The notes: generated by a model not told the origin, from the letters alone. 64,000 bases of DNA from Octopus vulgaris (GCA_951406725.2 OX597820.1:69626001-69690000); one strand, 5' to 3'; counted from the first letter of the stretch, positions 40,847-53,492 are shown. Program-made: numbers and translations.

Positions 40847-41134
40847 ATATATATATATATATATTAACCAAACAAATTCCAACTTAGATTTTCACGCTTT
40901 GTTTACAATCTCATAATAATATAATATAATATTACGGAGATGTACTTGCATAGCAAGTGACCTGATCTGAGATCGTGTGCTGGAACGAAACAATTGCTGC
41001 GTGGAAGGTGTCTATAAGCCATTTAAGGAACACACAAAAACCGTTAGATTCACTTCAACATTTAAATTTAACGTGCCAAAATATTTTCGTCGCTTTGAGA
41101 TCGCGACCTGTTCACTGACAAAGCTTCGTGCTGC

Positions 41135-41369
41135 ATGAAATAGTAGAATATTAAATGTCTATTCTGATTGAACTAGTACTTTCATGCATTAAACTATGCA
41201 ATCTTCAGGTTCATATAGTATAAGTGACATTTATATTTTACGATTTACAACTTTTCTAAATTGTAAAACATAACTGTCACCACTAATATACAAAACTGAA
41301 GATTGCATAGTTTAATGCATAAAAGTTATAGTTCAGTTAGAATGAACATTTAATATTCTATCATTTCAT
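41135..41369. repeat. 235-bp fold-back inverted repeat (about 113-bp arms, about 82% identical, minimal loop)
   Basis: Manual alignment of the left arm with the reverse complement of the right arm gives about 20 differences; perfect core ATGCATTAAACTATGCAATCTTCAG. Confidence 0.9.
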
Positions 41370-41468
41370 TGTATCATATTATAATATAAGACTGTAAATA
41401 AAACGTGAAAATCAAAGTTGGAATTTCTTTGAGTAACATATCATTCTATACACAATCATGCACACCCG

Positions 41469-41502
<34 letters not shown>

Positions 41503-41689
41503 CGTATGCCTGGGGTATGTGTGCGTGTGTGCGTGCGTGTTTGTGAGTGTATGTGGAACACAAATGAAAAATGCGAAGACTAGGTAAATTAAAGAGACAA
41601 GATATATTCGGTCGAGACTCATGAACACTGTGATAAGTCTTTAACGTTTCGTGTATTCACTCTTCAACTGAAAGGATAATTAAGTACGT

Positions 41690-41781
<92 letters not shown>

Positions 41782-41790
41782 ATATATATA

Positions 41791-41823
<33 letters not shown>

Positions 41824-41829
<6 letters not shown>

Positions 41830-42281
41830 GAAATATTAAAATTACTAAGTCTGTCTAAAGGAGATTACGGCAGCTTTAGTCTTATATTTATAGACTACCA
41901 TATTAGTATGGCGATAACTATTAATATCCAGTAACGCTGCTGTAATCTCCTTTAGAGAGACTTAGTGTTTTTAATATTTCTATTATTGAAAACAAGTGGA
42001 TGTATTCCACTATAACTAGGTAAATAAAATCTTCGAACAGACGGTCAGTAGCGACACCTGCGGGTCTGACTACGCTACATTGATAAAGGGCAACAACCCT
42101 GAAACATGTCTGCAGATGTCTAACTAGCAAGGTGAAGCGGCTGACCTCCCCCTGTTCGAAGGTTTGTAATGGACTCAGGTTTGTGTGTCAAATAGCTAGC
42201 TAGAGGCGATGGCCTCTTGGAGCTAATCAGCGACAGCTGTTGTCTTATATTTATAGACTACCATATTAGTGTGGCGATAAC

Positions 42282-42286
<5 letters not shown>
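41824..42286 (+). mobile_element. Penelope pLTR / retrozyme-like element with hammerhead, 45-bp direct repeats and a 5' inverted segment
   Basis: DR at 41879-41923 and 42242-42286; IR at 41824-41874 and 41936-41987; hammerhead fold at 42075-42115; (TA)n on both sides. Confidence 0.8.
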
Positions 42287-42320
<34 letters not shown>

Positions 42321-42352
42321 TCTGCAGCAATAATAATAATAATAATAATAAT

Positions 42353-42843
42353 GTTATCATGTATATTGTTTTGTGTTGGTATAAAAGATGGGCTACAGTC
42401 AATATTCTGCACAATACCACAGATTTGCTTGTCAGTTGTTTGAACTTAGCCAGTTGAGCATGTCCCTTAGTGGCAGACGATATGTGCATCTCTGATCACG
42501 AGCAGAAGTAGTGGAGGAGCATCATAGCCATGTGTTGAGAGGAGTTCTTTGGGGTTTGAATAATTCACCCTTTGAAACATGGATGTTTCGTTCAACATCC
42601 TTAAACAACCCTTATTCAGGGACCGTTTGAGCAGGATGGGCTACTCAACCTGAAGAAAATTCTAGCTGGGCCCTCCTGCAAAGTCATGTGCTATTTATCT
42701 TGATATGAAATCATGTCGCGCACATATGGTTGTGATGCATGTGCCTGGTGTACCCTTACCAGACCGGTAGTCATGATGGGTATACTAGGCTTCGTATATT
42801 TTACCCCAGTGTGACTTTGATGGCATGAACTGCTCTCTCACAT
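42353..42843 (+). mobile_element. About 490-bp non-coding element bounded by (TAA)n
   Basis: Higher-complexity block starting and ending precisely in TAA runs; no convincing ORF. Mobile nature is inferred. Confidence 0.5.
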
Positions 42844-42861
42844 AATAATAATAAAAATAAT

Positions 42862-43283
42862 AGACATTCTCGAACTGTGCTGACACCAAACGAATACAAA
42901 ATTAAGTAAATACAAGGAATTCGAAATTGAAATACTAATATGTGGCATCTTAAAGCGAGAACTGTTCCTGTAATTATGGGTGCCCTAGGCATGTTAAGAA
43001 AGGAATGTCAGAAACAACTAGATAATATCCCAGGGGAACCGTGTCTCAGAGAAATCCAAAAGATTGGGCTAACGAGTACTGCCTACATCCTTAGTAAAAC
43101 CCTATCAATTTGAATGTATGTGTTGTATTACATGAAGATATTTCACTGCTGCCCCTGCCACTTCCCTTCCGTAAGCTTTCAGTCATACTGTAACATCTCT
43201 TATCTTTCACTCGTCCTAGGACGCTAGGTGTGTCTCGTCAATTGATTGTAACAAACATGTAGAGGAAATGCAAATAATAATAA
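42862..43283 (+). mobile_element. R4/Dong-clade LINE 3' end (RLE endonuclease C-terminus, 3'UTR, TAA tail)
   Basis: KLSKYKEFEIEI, MWHLKARTVPVIMGALG, EIQKIGLTSTAYILSKTLSI*. Confidence 0.88.
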
Positions 43284-44149
43284 CAGCGAGATGGTCATTA
43301 GATGAGTGCGGACAAAAATGCAAAATTAATTCTACTTTTCATTAATAGAAATTCAAATATAAATTAACATTATAATGTAATTATATATTTCTGTTTTATA
43401 TCTAAACACCTATGTAAACACCTATGTTCATTCAACATACCTATCGAACTATCCTCTTACATAATCACATATATGCATACATATTATATGAACAGATACT
43501 AGTGTTAGAATCAGCTCTCACTGCTTTCGTGTCCTACATGTGCTGAGAATATATTTATCACCAACTTAAGTAATTGATAAGGAATTCTAAAGAAACAGGT
43601 TTGGTTTGATGTTTGTCTCACGCTAAATAAATAAGCAATATATTCTCTTGTATTCTTTCCTACGTCTTCTAACACTTGTCGGAGAGTGAGACACTGAGAA
43701 ACTTACAATCACAATCTCCTACAACTTGCAGCTATAATTTTTAAAATATTTAATCTTTAACTTTCTTACTGCTTAATTCATGCAATACTGTCTCTCACAT
43801 GCATTTTTATTTATACAAAATGTTATTTTGCCTCACCTTTATGAACGTTATTTTCTTCGGGCATGGTAAATTATTAAATAAATTTTACTATTTTCCTGTA
43901 TGATTACACATTCTTGCTTGTTGTACATTAACGAAACATTAGCTGAATTATTTTGTTATCATTTTAGCATAACAATTTTTCTTTAACATAGTAAGTTTTA
44001 TTTTTCATGGGAATATTGCAATACCAACAGCTTGTTTTCTAACAATAGCGTAGAATTTACTGTATTCGAGGTGAACTGTAAAAATACCAAGAATAAAAAC
44101 AAACATGAACTTTTTGAATGTGGGAGTCAGTTAGACATATAGGATGGGA

Positions 44150-45000
44150 GAAGAAAATGTACCATTGGTGAACAGTTTTCGAACAATTGAAATCGCGATC
44201 GCTGGTTGAGCATGCAAACTCTAAATATATATCTACAATCTGAAATCATACCCAGTTTAATGCACGGAAATCTTTGCTTCGGTGTTGCAGCTAAATGACC
44301 GTACCCACGCATATATCAGCCGTACGCTTTTGAAACCGAAACTACTTTACTAAATTGCTAGAAGGTAGAATAATACCCGTTTCCAGGGTTTTTTTTTTGA
44401 AGACTGTTTTCAAAGCGTTTAAAATTTTTTTGTCATGCTCGTTTCTCAGATAATACGCAACAAGCATTGGCTTCATATAAAAATTCCATATTCAGATATT
44501 AGTTGTTTTGAAGTAACCTCTCACGCAATTAAGCACGAAATACTGCTATCTATGCGCTTCTACACTAGTAATACACCACATGTTCGTCACGTTTATTAAG
44601 AAATACTTATTAGTCGTCTTCATAGCAAGAGCCGTCTACTCTTGCTTCGAAGACTAGAAGAATGCTTTCTCAGCCTATTATTCACCCTATTAATTCCGTT
44701 TCACCCTCAGCATTTTCACACGACCAAATTACAAAGCTCACATGTTAGGACGCTCGGTTTAGCGCAGACGATACTTAAAACTTTTCAGACGACAGACCAT
44801 TAGAAATATATTGATTCCCACTAAAGTAATACAAAACGCATCAACTATGGCTGAGACGTTTACGGAATTACTTGGCAGCTATTCCAAATCATGTTTCTTT
44901 TTGTAATAGGGTTCCACCAAGTGGCCATAGATTTCAAACAAATACCAAAGAACCGAGTGAATTTGAAACTTTCACGTTTAATGAAGTCTTCACTTCCCTC
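44150..45000 (+). pseudogene. Possible very old Tc4/pogo-like transposase relic
   Basis: Only scattered peptide echoes (SDISCF, ILIPTK, EPSEFET) in the expected order; weak. Confidence 0.25.
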
Positions 45001-45631
45001 GAAATTTCAGTAAATTCCTCTTCTTTAGCCATAGAGCTAAATGTTCATTAATGTTTGTTGTTGTCTTGAACGCCCGTTCATATTCCAAAGACATAGTGTC
45101 TGAGAGATGCACTGGAATTGATACTAGTTTCTACCTCCAACAATTACGACTGCATATGACTCTTGATATAACCACGAACTTGGCATGACCAAAGATTTAT
45201 TGAGCAGCTGCAAAATAGATTTATGGTGAGTTGGTTCGTGTGGCTAAGACGCGCAAATGTAATATTTTCATATCTTGAAAGTTTCGCTAAAATATGTGAG
45301 AAACACATACACACACATGTATATATATAACAGATAGTAATAACAGAGATAGAAGACAAGAAAATATAGTGTTCAATTATTTATTAATAACACTTTTAAA
45401 TATGTTTCAGTGACAATTATACAATGATAACTAAATTTATTATATTATCACTATAGCCTAAAATCCTGTAACATGGTATTATCTGTGTAATAACGCGACT
45501 TTTCTTCCCATGAATCTTTTAGAGATGAATATGTATGCATGGATATGTCTTGCACTTGAAAGGTGTCCCTCCGACGCTCTGCTTCCCTCTTTCTCTCTCT
45601 CTCTCTCTCTCTCGCCATATATACACAAAAA

Positions 45632-45667
<36 letters not shown>

Positions 45668-45724
45668 CTACAAATTTCTATATATATAATTATATATATA
45701 TGTATAAACATACATATATATATG

Positions 45725-45797
<73 letters not shown>

Positions 45798-46644
45798 GCG
45801 TACAAATATTATTTTAAAATTAAATAGATATATCTGTACATGTATGTGCATAGTGCAGAGTGTTAATTTATGTATGTATATTTGTCTGTTCTTATGTATA
45901 GTTTGTGTAGTACTACACGGAATTGTCTCCGAACATATGTTTTGTATGTTCACATCTATGTATAATATTATGTGTTCACATTAATGCTATTCTGTACCTC
46001 GGCAATATATAATTAGTTATGTCTACAAATGGAAGCTAAAATTCGTAAACTACATCCAATATTCATATCCTCTGTGAACTCTAGATTTAATGCAGAAATT
46101 ACATTACCATCTGCAATTGGCAGACATTCCAAATCACTTTAGAAATAATTAAAAATCAAATGATGATAAAAGCTTCAATAGATGGAAAAATTTAATCACA
46201 TAGTTTCTACAAAAGTAATATAAACAAATTAAAGCTAGTTTCATATTTTCAGTTTTAACCGGGATTCATTTCTTCTTACTCAATTGGCGTAAAACACAAT
46301 ATCAAAATATATACGAAAAAAATAATGCAAAAATTCTAGAGCTACGAAGAGCCGAAACGTAAGAAACATTAGCGAAAATAATACCAAGATATACATAAAA
46401 AAGACGGAATATTTCCGTTAAGTGCACCCATAATGATAAAGCTTCTAAATTCCTTGATTCTTGTAGATGCTGAAAATTAAATATGTTTCCGTGAAATGCA
46501 TTAAATCTCATTTGCTGCTTTTTCGGAATCCTCATGCCATTTATTCCTCTATGCTTTTGTTTCTGTTCATTATTTTCTCTCTCTGCAGTGAATAGAGAAA
46601 TGGTCTTAGGCAAATGTCGAGATCATTTTAGAAATACAGTCTTT

Positions 46645-47100
46645 AGTAAACTATTTAAATTCAATGGCTGAATTGTTTCTCTTTGATTGAAAATTTATTT
46701 CATAAGCTAAACTATTTACCTATTATGTGTAATTCTTTCATTCAGCTTGCCAGATTATTTGATTTCCACGGCTAAATTGTTTACCTTGTACGCTTAAATT
46801 GTTTTACTTTAATCACTCAATTCATTCATTATGAACATCAAATTTCTATCTTCAATGTACACGTTGCTTTGTTTTCAGCTGTAAATTATATAATTCTGTG
46901 GACTAAATTGTTTAATTCTAATTTATAAATTGTTTTTCTCTTCATTGTCAAATTCTTGTGATTTCGAAAGCTAAACTGTTCAACAAGTATGCATATATTG
47001 CTTCAATTATTAGGTAAATTATTCTATTTCAAAGTTTAGATTATTTAACTTGCATCAATAAATTGCTTCACATTCAGTAAATTATTTAATTTTGGTAGAT
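46645..47100. repeat. Degenerate minisatellite of about 20 units of 20-23 bp (core TAAATTGTTT)
   Basis: Recurrent TAAACTATTT/TGAATTGTTT/TAAATTGTTT/TAAATTATTT at about 22-bp spacing. Confidence 0.7.
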
Positions 47101-48869
47101 TTCAAAGATAATTTTGGTTTCTGTTTTTAACCTTTTTAAACCGTTGTACTCTTTTTTGACACTCAACACAACATTTTTCATCCATAATGCAAGCAAAACG
47201 AATGAGCGGTGATTTGAATGTATATTCAAAGCAAACTGTAAATTACCTACAACGAATCACCTTCTTAAATTGTAGGCGAGAGGCAAAATATACTTGACTG
47301 ATAAACTTGGTTTTTATGATTTTCTCAATTTTGAAATATCTATGTTACCATTAAATGAATGAATGACAGAATGAATGAATGAATGCACAACTATTTGAAG
47401 AATCGACTTATTTATATTTTACCCGCATGAAAATTTCGTGCATTTTTTGGGGGGGATTGCTACGGAAGGAAAGGCAGTACCCTCGAATCATTGTTTTTTC
47501 GGGACCTTCAAGACTGCTGCGAAGAAGAAAGGAATTTATCCATAAATCTGAAATCACTCTTGCAAGCATTCGAGTTGCACGCATCAAAGTTGCCAGAGTA
47601 TGGTATTAAATCGGACAATGGATTAAGTCTAACATTCAAGAACATAGAATTTAAAGAGCCAGATAAACTCCAACTCTAATAATTCCATCAGTCCACTATG
47701 CTTAGATGCATACACACACTCATTATATACATACATACATACATATGCACACACACACAGACATATGCTCAGATGCATACACAGACTCATATATATATAT
47801 GCACACATAAGCACACACATCGCCGCACTCGCACACACACACACACACAAACACACACACAGACATATACACTTATACATACATCCATACACACGCACAG
47901 GTATTATTTACGATTGTCTTCAATTTATTCATTTGGTAAAGCTGCAAATCTCTTACCAAGATATCTTTGCAATAAACTTTCATTCTCTGTCATATAATTT
48001 GTGCTTTGAATTATTGATCAAGAATTCTGCCTTAATCTTAATGAAGGCTTTGAATTTAACATCAAATTCCAGATGTTTCATATATCTAAATATTGATTTC
48101 AAAGTTTGGCACAGTGCCAGAAATTTCGGCACTATGAATATGTGATTAGAATGCCACAAGAAAAAGATAGAAAAAGATGGATAGAAAGGATGATGGAAAA
48201 CAAATATGATTTCATTGAGCCTTGAATCAGAAAGCAGAGGACGAATCTATACAGCAAGGAGATACCCTTAACTTTTGACTATTCTGTCCATTCCGAAAAA
48301 ACAAAAGGTAAATCTACTCCGTAAGAATTCGAAGTCGGAAACTGTAGGAACAAAACAGTCTTAAGCGATTTAGTCCAGTATTCTTCATCTTTATTATATA
48401 CTTAAATCAAATACTTTGCCCTTTAATAAAGGGCCGACCAACAGATAGGTGCAATCAATGCTTCTTGCTAAATTTAGGACGTTATTTAACCCTCAATATG
48501 ATAGATATAACAGCAACGTATTAATGAAAAACCCCACCTAATGACTGTGTAACCATGGGTTTCCAAACACACAGAATGGTCACAAATCTAAATACTTTTG
48601 TTCCTAAGTCTGCCCGAGTAGAATATTCGACCATGTATTTTTCGTTGCTCGATTCATTTGATTATCTCCTCAGGTGGATTACATCCGTAATTGAAAAAGT
48701 ACAGTCTTGTTACACACACACACACACACACACACTCATACTCACACACACGCACAAACACACACACAGAGGCTGCTAACTGTCCCAAAAACTCATGTTA
48801 AGTCTGAACGTCACTGTGACATGGTCCGCCAATTACAACTTAATTAAAGAATGCTTTTTTACTGGTCTC

Positions 48870-49080
48870 ACTGATTTGACTGTGGCCATGCTGGAGCACC
48901 GCCTTTAGTCGATCAAATCGACCCCAGGACTTCTTTGTAAGCCTACTACTTATTCTATCGGTCTCTTTTGCCGAACCGCTAAGTTACGGGAACGTAAACA
49001 CACTAGCATCGGTTGTCAAGCGATGCTGGGGGAGGGGGGACAAACTCACACACACATATACACACATACATATATATGTA

Positions 49081-49166
<86 letters not shown>

Positions 49167-49331
49167 CGATAGTCTTCTTTCAGTTTCCGTCTACCAAATT
49201 CACTCACAAGGCTTTGGTCGGCCCGAGGCTATAGTAGAAGACACTTGCCCAAGGTGGCACGCAGTTGGACTGAACTCGGAACCATGTTGTTGGTAAGCAA
49301 GCTACTTACCACATAACCACTCCTACGCCTA
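48870..49331 (-). mobile_element. CORE SINE family C with expanded internal microsatellite
   Basis: Matches 23718-24126. Confidence 0.93.
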
Positions 49332-49455
49332 CAATCGGTAATTCTCTTCATCAACCAAGTGAAACCACGTCGTTTCTTTCTGAAGATCCACGACCATCAC
49401 TACCGTTAGCATCAGCAAAATTACTAAACTACTACCAATGTTAATAATATATATG

Positions 49456-49675
49456 AAGACGGAGAAGTGGCAGAACCATTAGCATGCCGGGGAAAATGCT
49501 TACCTATAGTTCTTCCGTGTTTACGTTCGGAGTTCAAATGCTATGATCGGGGGTTCAATTTCGCCTTCCATCCTTTAGCGGTCGTTAAAATAAGTACGAT
49601 TTGAGTACTGGAATTGATTAATTGACATAGCGCCTCCTTCGAAATTTCTGGCACTGTGCCAAATTTTGAAATCAA
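49456..49675 (+). mobile_element. Degenerate Nin-domain SINE
   Basis: GGCAGAACCATTAGCATGCCGG head, GAGTTCAAAT box, TGTGCCAAATTTTGAAATC tail. Confidence 0.8.
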
Positions 49676-49950
49676 TATTGAGATATATGAAGCATCTGGA
49701 TTTTGATGTTAAATTCAAAGCCTTCATTAAAATTAAGGCAGAATTCTTGATCAATAATTCAAAACACAAATTATATGACAGAGGATGAAAGTTAATTGCA
49801 AAGATGTCCTAGTAAGAAATTCGCAGTTCTACCAAATGAATAAATTGAAGACAATAGTAAATAATATATGTGCATATGTATGGATGTGCGTATGCATAAG
49901 TGTATATATTTGTGTATGTGTGACTGTGTGCGGGGATGTGTGTACATATA

Positions 49951-49987
<37 letters not shown>

Positions 49988-49991
<4 letters not shown>

Positions 49992-50269
49992 GTGATCACG
50001 TGACCGACCAGGCTTTCAGATGTTGCTACATATCGCTGGTCACAATGCACTTCGCATTGTTTTAGACTTCAAATGACGCCACCCTGCTGGCTAAGCGAGC
50101 AGGCCAACAAAAGAAAGATCCCTACAGCAGGGATCGCCACCATACCCTGCCGGAACCTCGTGGAGCTACAGGTGTCTTCGCTCAATAAACACTCACAACG
50201 CCCGGTCTGGGAATCGAAAACGTGATCCTACGAACGCGAGTCCGCTGCGCTAACCACTGGGCCATTGCG

Positions 50270-50275
<6 letters not shown>
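49988..50275 (-). mobile_element. tRNA-derived SINE (head A, tail 3)
   Basis: Head nearly identical to the 6901 element; different 3' half. Confidence 0.88.
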
Positions 50276-50351
<76 letters not shown>

Positions 50352-51113
50352 TATGAGTGTGTGTATGCATCTAAGCATATATATATATATATGAGTGTGT
50401 GTATGCATCTAAGCATATATATGTGTGTTTGTGTGTGTGTGTGTGTGTGTGCGTGTGTGTGTAAGCATTTCCTCAAAGAAGTTATGCAGTTTATATATCA
50501 TAATGATTGTTGTATATAAAGCCTATAAGCATTAGTTGTCTAGAGGATATGAAATTCGTGGTAAATAACCAATAAAGAGATATTCATCCTTTTATAAAGA
50601 TAAAGCGTTGCTCATAAAAATTTATGGCACGAATAACAAAAATATTAATTAATTTCAATGGAATATATGAACTGAAATTGATAATGTATATCTTTAATGA
50701 AAGATGTATAAATCGTGATAATCTATTGCTTTCTCGTATATTATTATTTATTCATCTTTATTTCCTATCTTTTGTTAAAATATGTTTTTGATTCTCTGCT
50801 GCACTAAACAAAAGACGTACATATATACTCTTCCTCCTTCCAGCTCTCACTCTCTCTCTCTCTCTCTCTCATGGATACACACACACACTTACATACGAAT
50901 TTATCTAAAACATTTGCATATTACACATGCATTAGATACGTATATATAGATATCGGGTGAAAATGAGGAAGAATATCTTTCAGCAGGCGATGGATGGGGA
51001 TGTCAAACTACTACTACACACACACACACACATATATATATGTATATATATATATATCCATATGTACATACATATATATATATGTATATATATATATATC
51101 CATATGTACATAC

Positions 51114-51148
<35 letters not shown>

Positions 51149-51477
51149 AATACATAAGTGTGTACGAGCGCATGCGTGCATGTGCTTGCATGCGTGCGTG
51201 TGCTTGCATGTGTGTATGTGCTTGCGTATGAGAATGTAAGCTTGTTTAATTGACACTATGCTAAGAAATGCCTAACAGACTGTTCTGCAGTTTACTGAAC
51301 ATTTCTTATAAAACTGTTTCCCGATTTTGTTCCTCACTTGATAGTATAAACTATTCAGCTTTCATATAAAGCAGTCACAAATTACACTATTGCCGTAGTG
51401 GATAATATTATTTCTATAATTGTGTTTTAGACGAAATACATACATGGTGCTTACGTACATGTATAAATACATACATA

Positions 51478-52110
51478 CGATGCAGGAAGAGCAGTAAAAT
51501 GTGACAACTGATGCAGACTTTGTGGAGTTAAGCCCGAGGATGTTACCTACATCATAAACAGTTGTCCAAAAATGTCTTCCTAGTGTTATCTACCGACGAG
51601 GCATGATGTTGTATCTAGGACACTCTAAAAGGGAAATCGTCGGAAGGATAACCCCGAGGACAAAGAAATAAGAACCTACCGTATGGTAGAAGCCATAACC
51701 AATCAAAAATAAAAAGGAGTATTGATGGAATGTCTCTATGAAAACCTCAATAAAATATAAGAACAAAATGCCCGATATAATGATTCGGGGTGAGAAGAGA
51801 AACTGTATGCAGTTGTGGAAATTAGTTGCCCAGCGTGTGTTAACATAAATCTAAAGATCAGTAAAAAAGACAATACCTACGCTAAACTGTTGGGAAATTT
51901 GCAGTTACTCTATCCACATTGCAAGTTCAGGTTTATACCTGGAATTATTGGGGCCCTGAGATATGTAACACACTGCGTAAATAGCAATCGTGAGAATTAT
52001 ACTTCTCAAAAACCAGAATGGAGAAAGCTAATTCGAAGAATACAGATCCAATCCATCACTGGAATTATAAAAAATCAGTAAAAGTTTCCAGATGTTTATC
52101 ATTTGAAAAT
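51478..52110 (+). mobile_element. R4-type RLE non-LTR retrotransposon 3' fragment
   Basis: Zn knuckle CRLCG..(H>Y)IINSC, RHD motif, PDIMI..VEISCP..K restriction-like endonuclease, IPGIIGAL. Confidence 0.88.
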
Positions 52111-52539
52111 ATATGAGCATGTCTAGATATGTAGCTCTATGCATGAGTATACATACATGAAGCAGAACATACAAATCTGCACACATACATGGATACATAC
52201 ATACATACATACATACATACATACATACATACATACATACATACATACATACATACATGCATGTATGTATATTCTTCTATACCATCAGTCAGATGGATCT
52301 GAAATTACAAGAATGTGGACTCATTTCTTTAATGCTTTTGGTGTAAATATGTATAAAAAGAAAAATAATTGTTCATTCATGCAGCATTTTAAAATTTTAG
52401 ACCGTTCCACAAAAACTAATTATTTTACATTAGAATAACTGTGATAGGAAAATAGTAGCACACACAAATATATACGCATATTTCTACATTTCTTCAGCCC
52501 GTCCCTTGATCTTTCTCGAGATACATACATACATGCATG

Positions 52540-52608
<69 letters not shown>

Positions 52609-52759
52609 ATTATTTATATATATATGTGTGTGTAGTGTGTGTGTGTGTGTGTGTGTGTGCGTGCGTGTGTGTGCGTGTGTGTGTATGTGTGTAGTGTGTC
52701 ATGTATGTTGTATAACTTTAAAAAGTAGAAAAGCATTCGATCAGCTAAGAGAGTAGAGA

Positions 52760-53190
52760 TATTCTTAAATGAAAATTTATTCCCCCATTTATCAAACTGA
52801 AAGCATGATCGTTTGTCAGTTGTTATTTTAGTTAAGTCGTATATCAATAACCAACGGATGAATCAAGTCGGCCTCGGATGTACCTGTAGAGTCAAATATA
52901 ATTGTCCTCTAGCACAGGAGTGTGATATATTTTCCGTTGTTTATGGTTGTACAAATGTGAAACGTTGTTTCGGTGTCGTAGAAGAAAACTTAAAGATGAA
53001 GGGACCAATTTCGATGTCAAATGGAAAATCTTTTCTAAATCCAGAGCCTAAGTTAACGGATCAGTGCATTCGCTTAAAAACCTGTATCCATTAAAACACA
53101 TGGGACAACCCAACGAGTGATAAACAATCGCGGAACGAGATTTTTTTTATTATGTCTAAATTTCAAAAATACTTCTTGCCGGAATTTAAA
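52760..53190 (+). mobile_element. Penelope-like element GIY-YIG endonuclease relic (internally deleted)
   Basis: CTCRVKYNCPLAQECDIFSVVY..CFG, then LKDEGTNFDVKWKIFSKSRA*VNGS and RNEIF match the PLE linker (CxCR..CPL..C), VVY/YIG and WKI motifs. Confidence 0.75.
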
Positions 53191-53442
53191 ACTGTACCAC
53201 AGGACACTCAGTAAACCATTAACATATTGTAACGTTGGTTATCTCGCTTGTGTTTTAGCGTTTTCTCTTCTTTCCAAGCGTCTCTTGCTTTAACGCTATC
53301 TGCTAAAAAAAAAAGGAAACAACAATAATAAATGGCGGAATAAATTATTATTTCGACCAAGTAACCAGGGTAGCTATTTGCAAGATTTGTGGGTTTGAAT
53401 TGAAGGTTATATAATATATATATATATATATATATGTGTGTG

Positions 53443-53492
<50 letters not shown>

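Larger units (their letters stand above)
47697..50417. repeat. Local inverted duplication: arm 47697-48128 vs arm 49640-50417 (right arm later interrupted by a SINE)
   Basis: The non-microsatellite core 47900-48128 is the reverse complement of 49640-49870 at roughly 90% identity; both arms give the ORF CFELLIKNSALILMKALNLTS. Confidence 0.93.

Noticed and set aside
46645-47100. Periodic array as a CRISPR-like locus
   Set aside because: Eukaryotic context, units too short and degenerate, no repeat-spacer alternation, no cas genes.
47765-49769. Duplicated ORF CFELLIKNSALILMKALNLTS on opposite strands as paralogous genes
   Set aside because: By-product of the inverted duplication; ends in SINE tail sequence; no protein motif.
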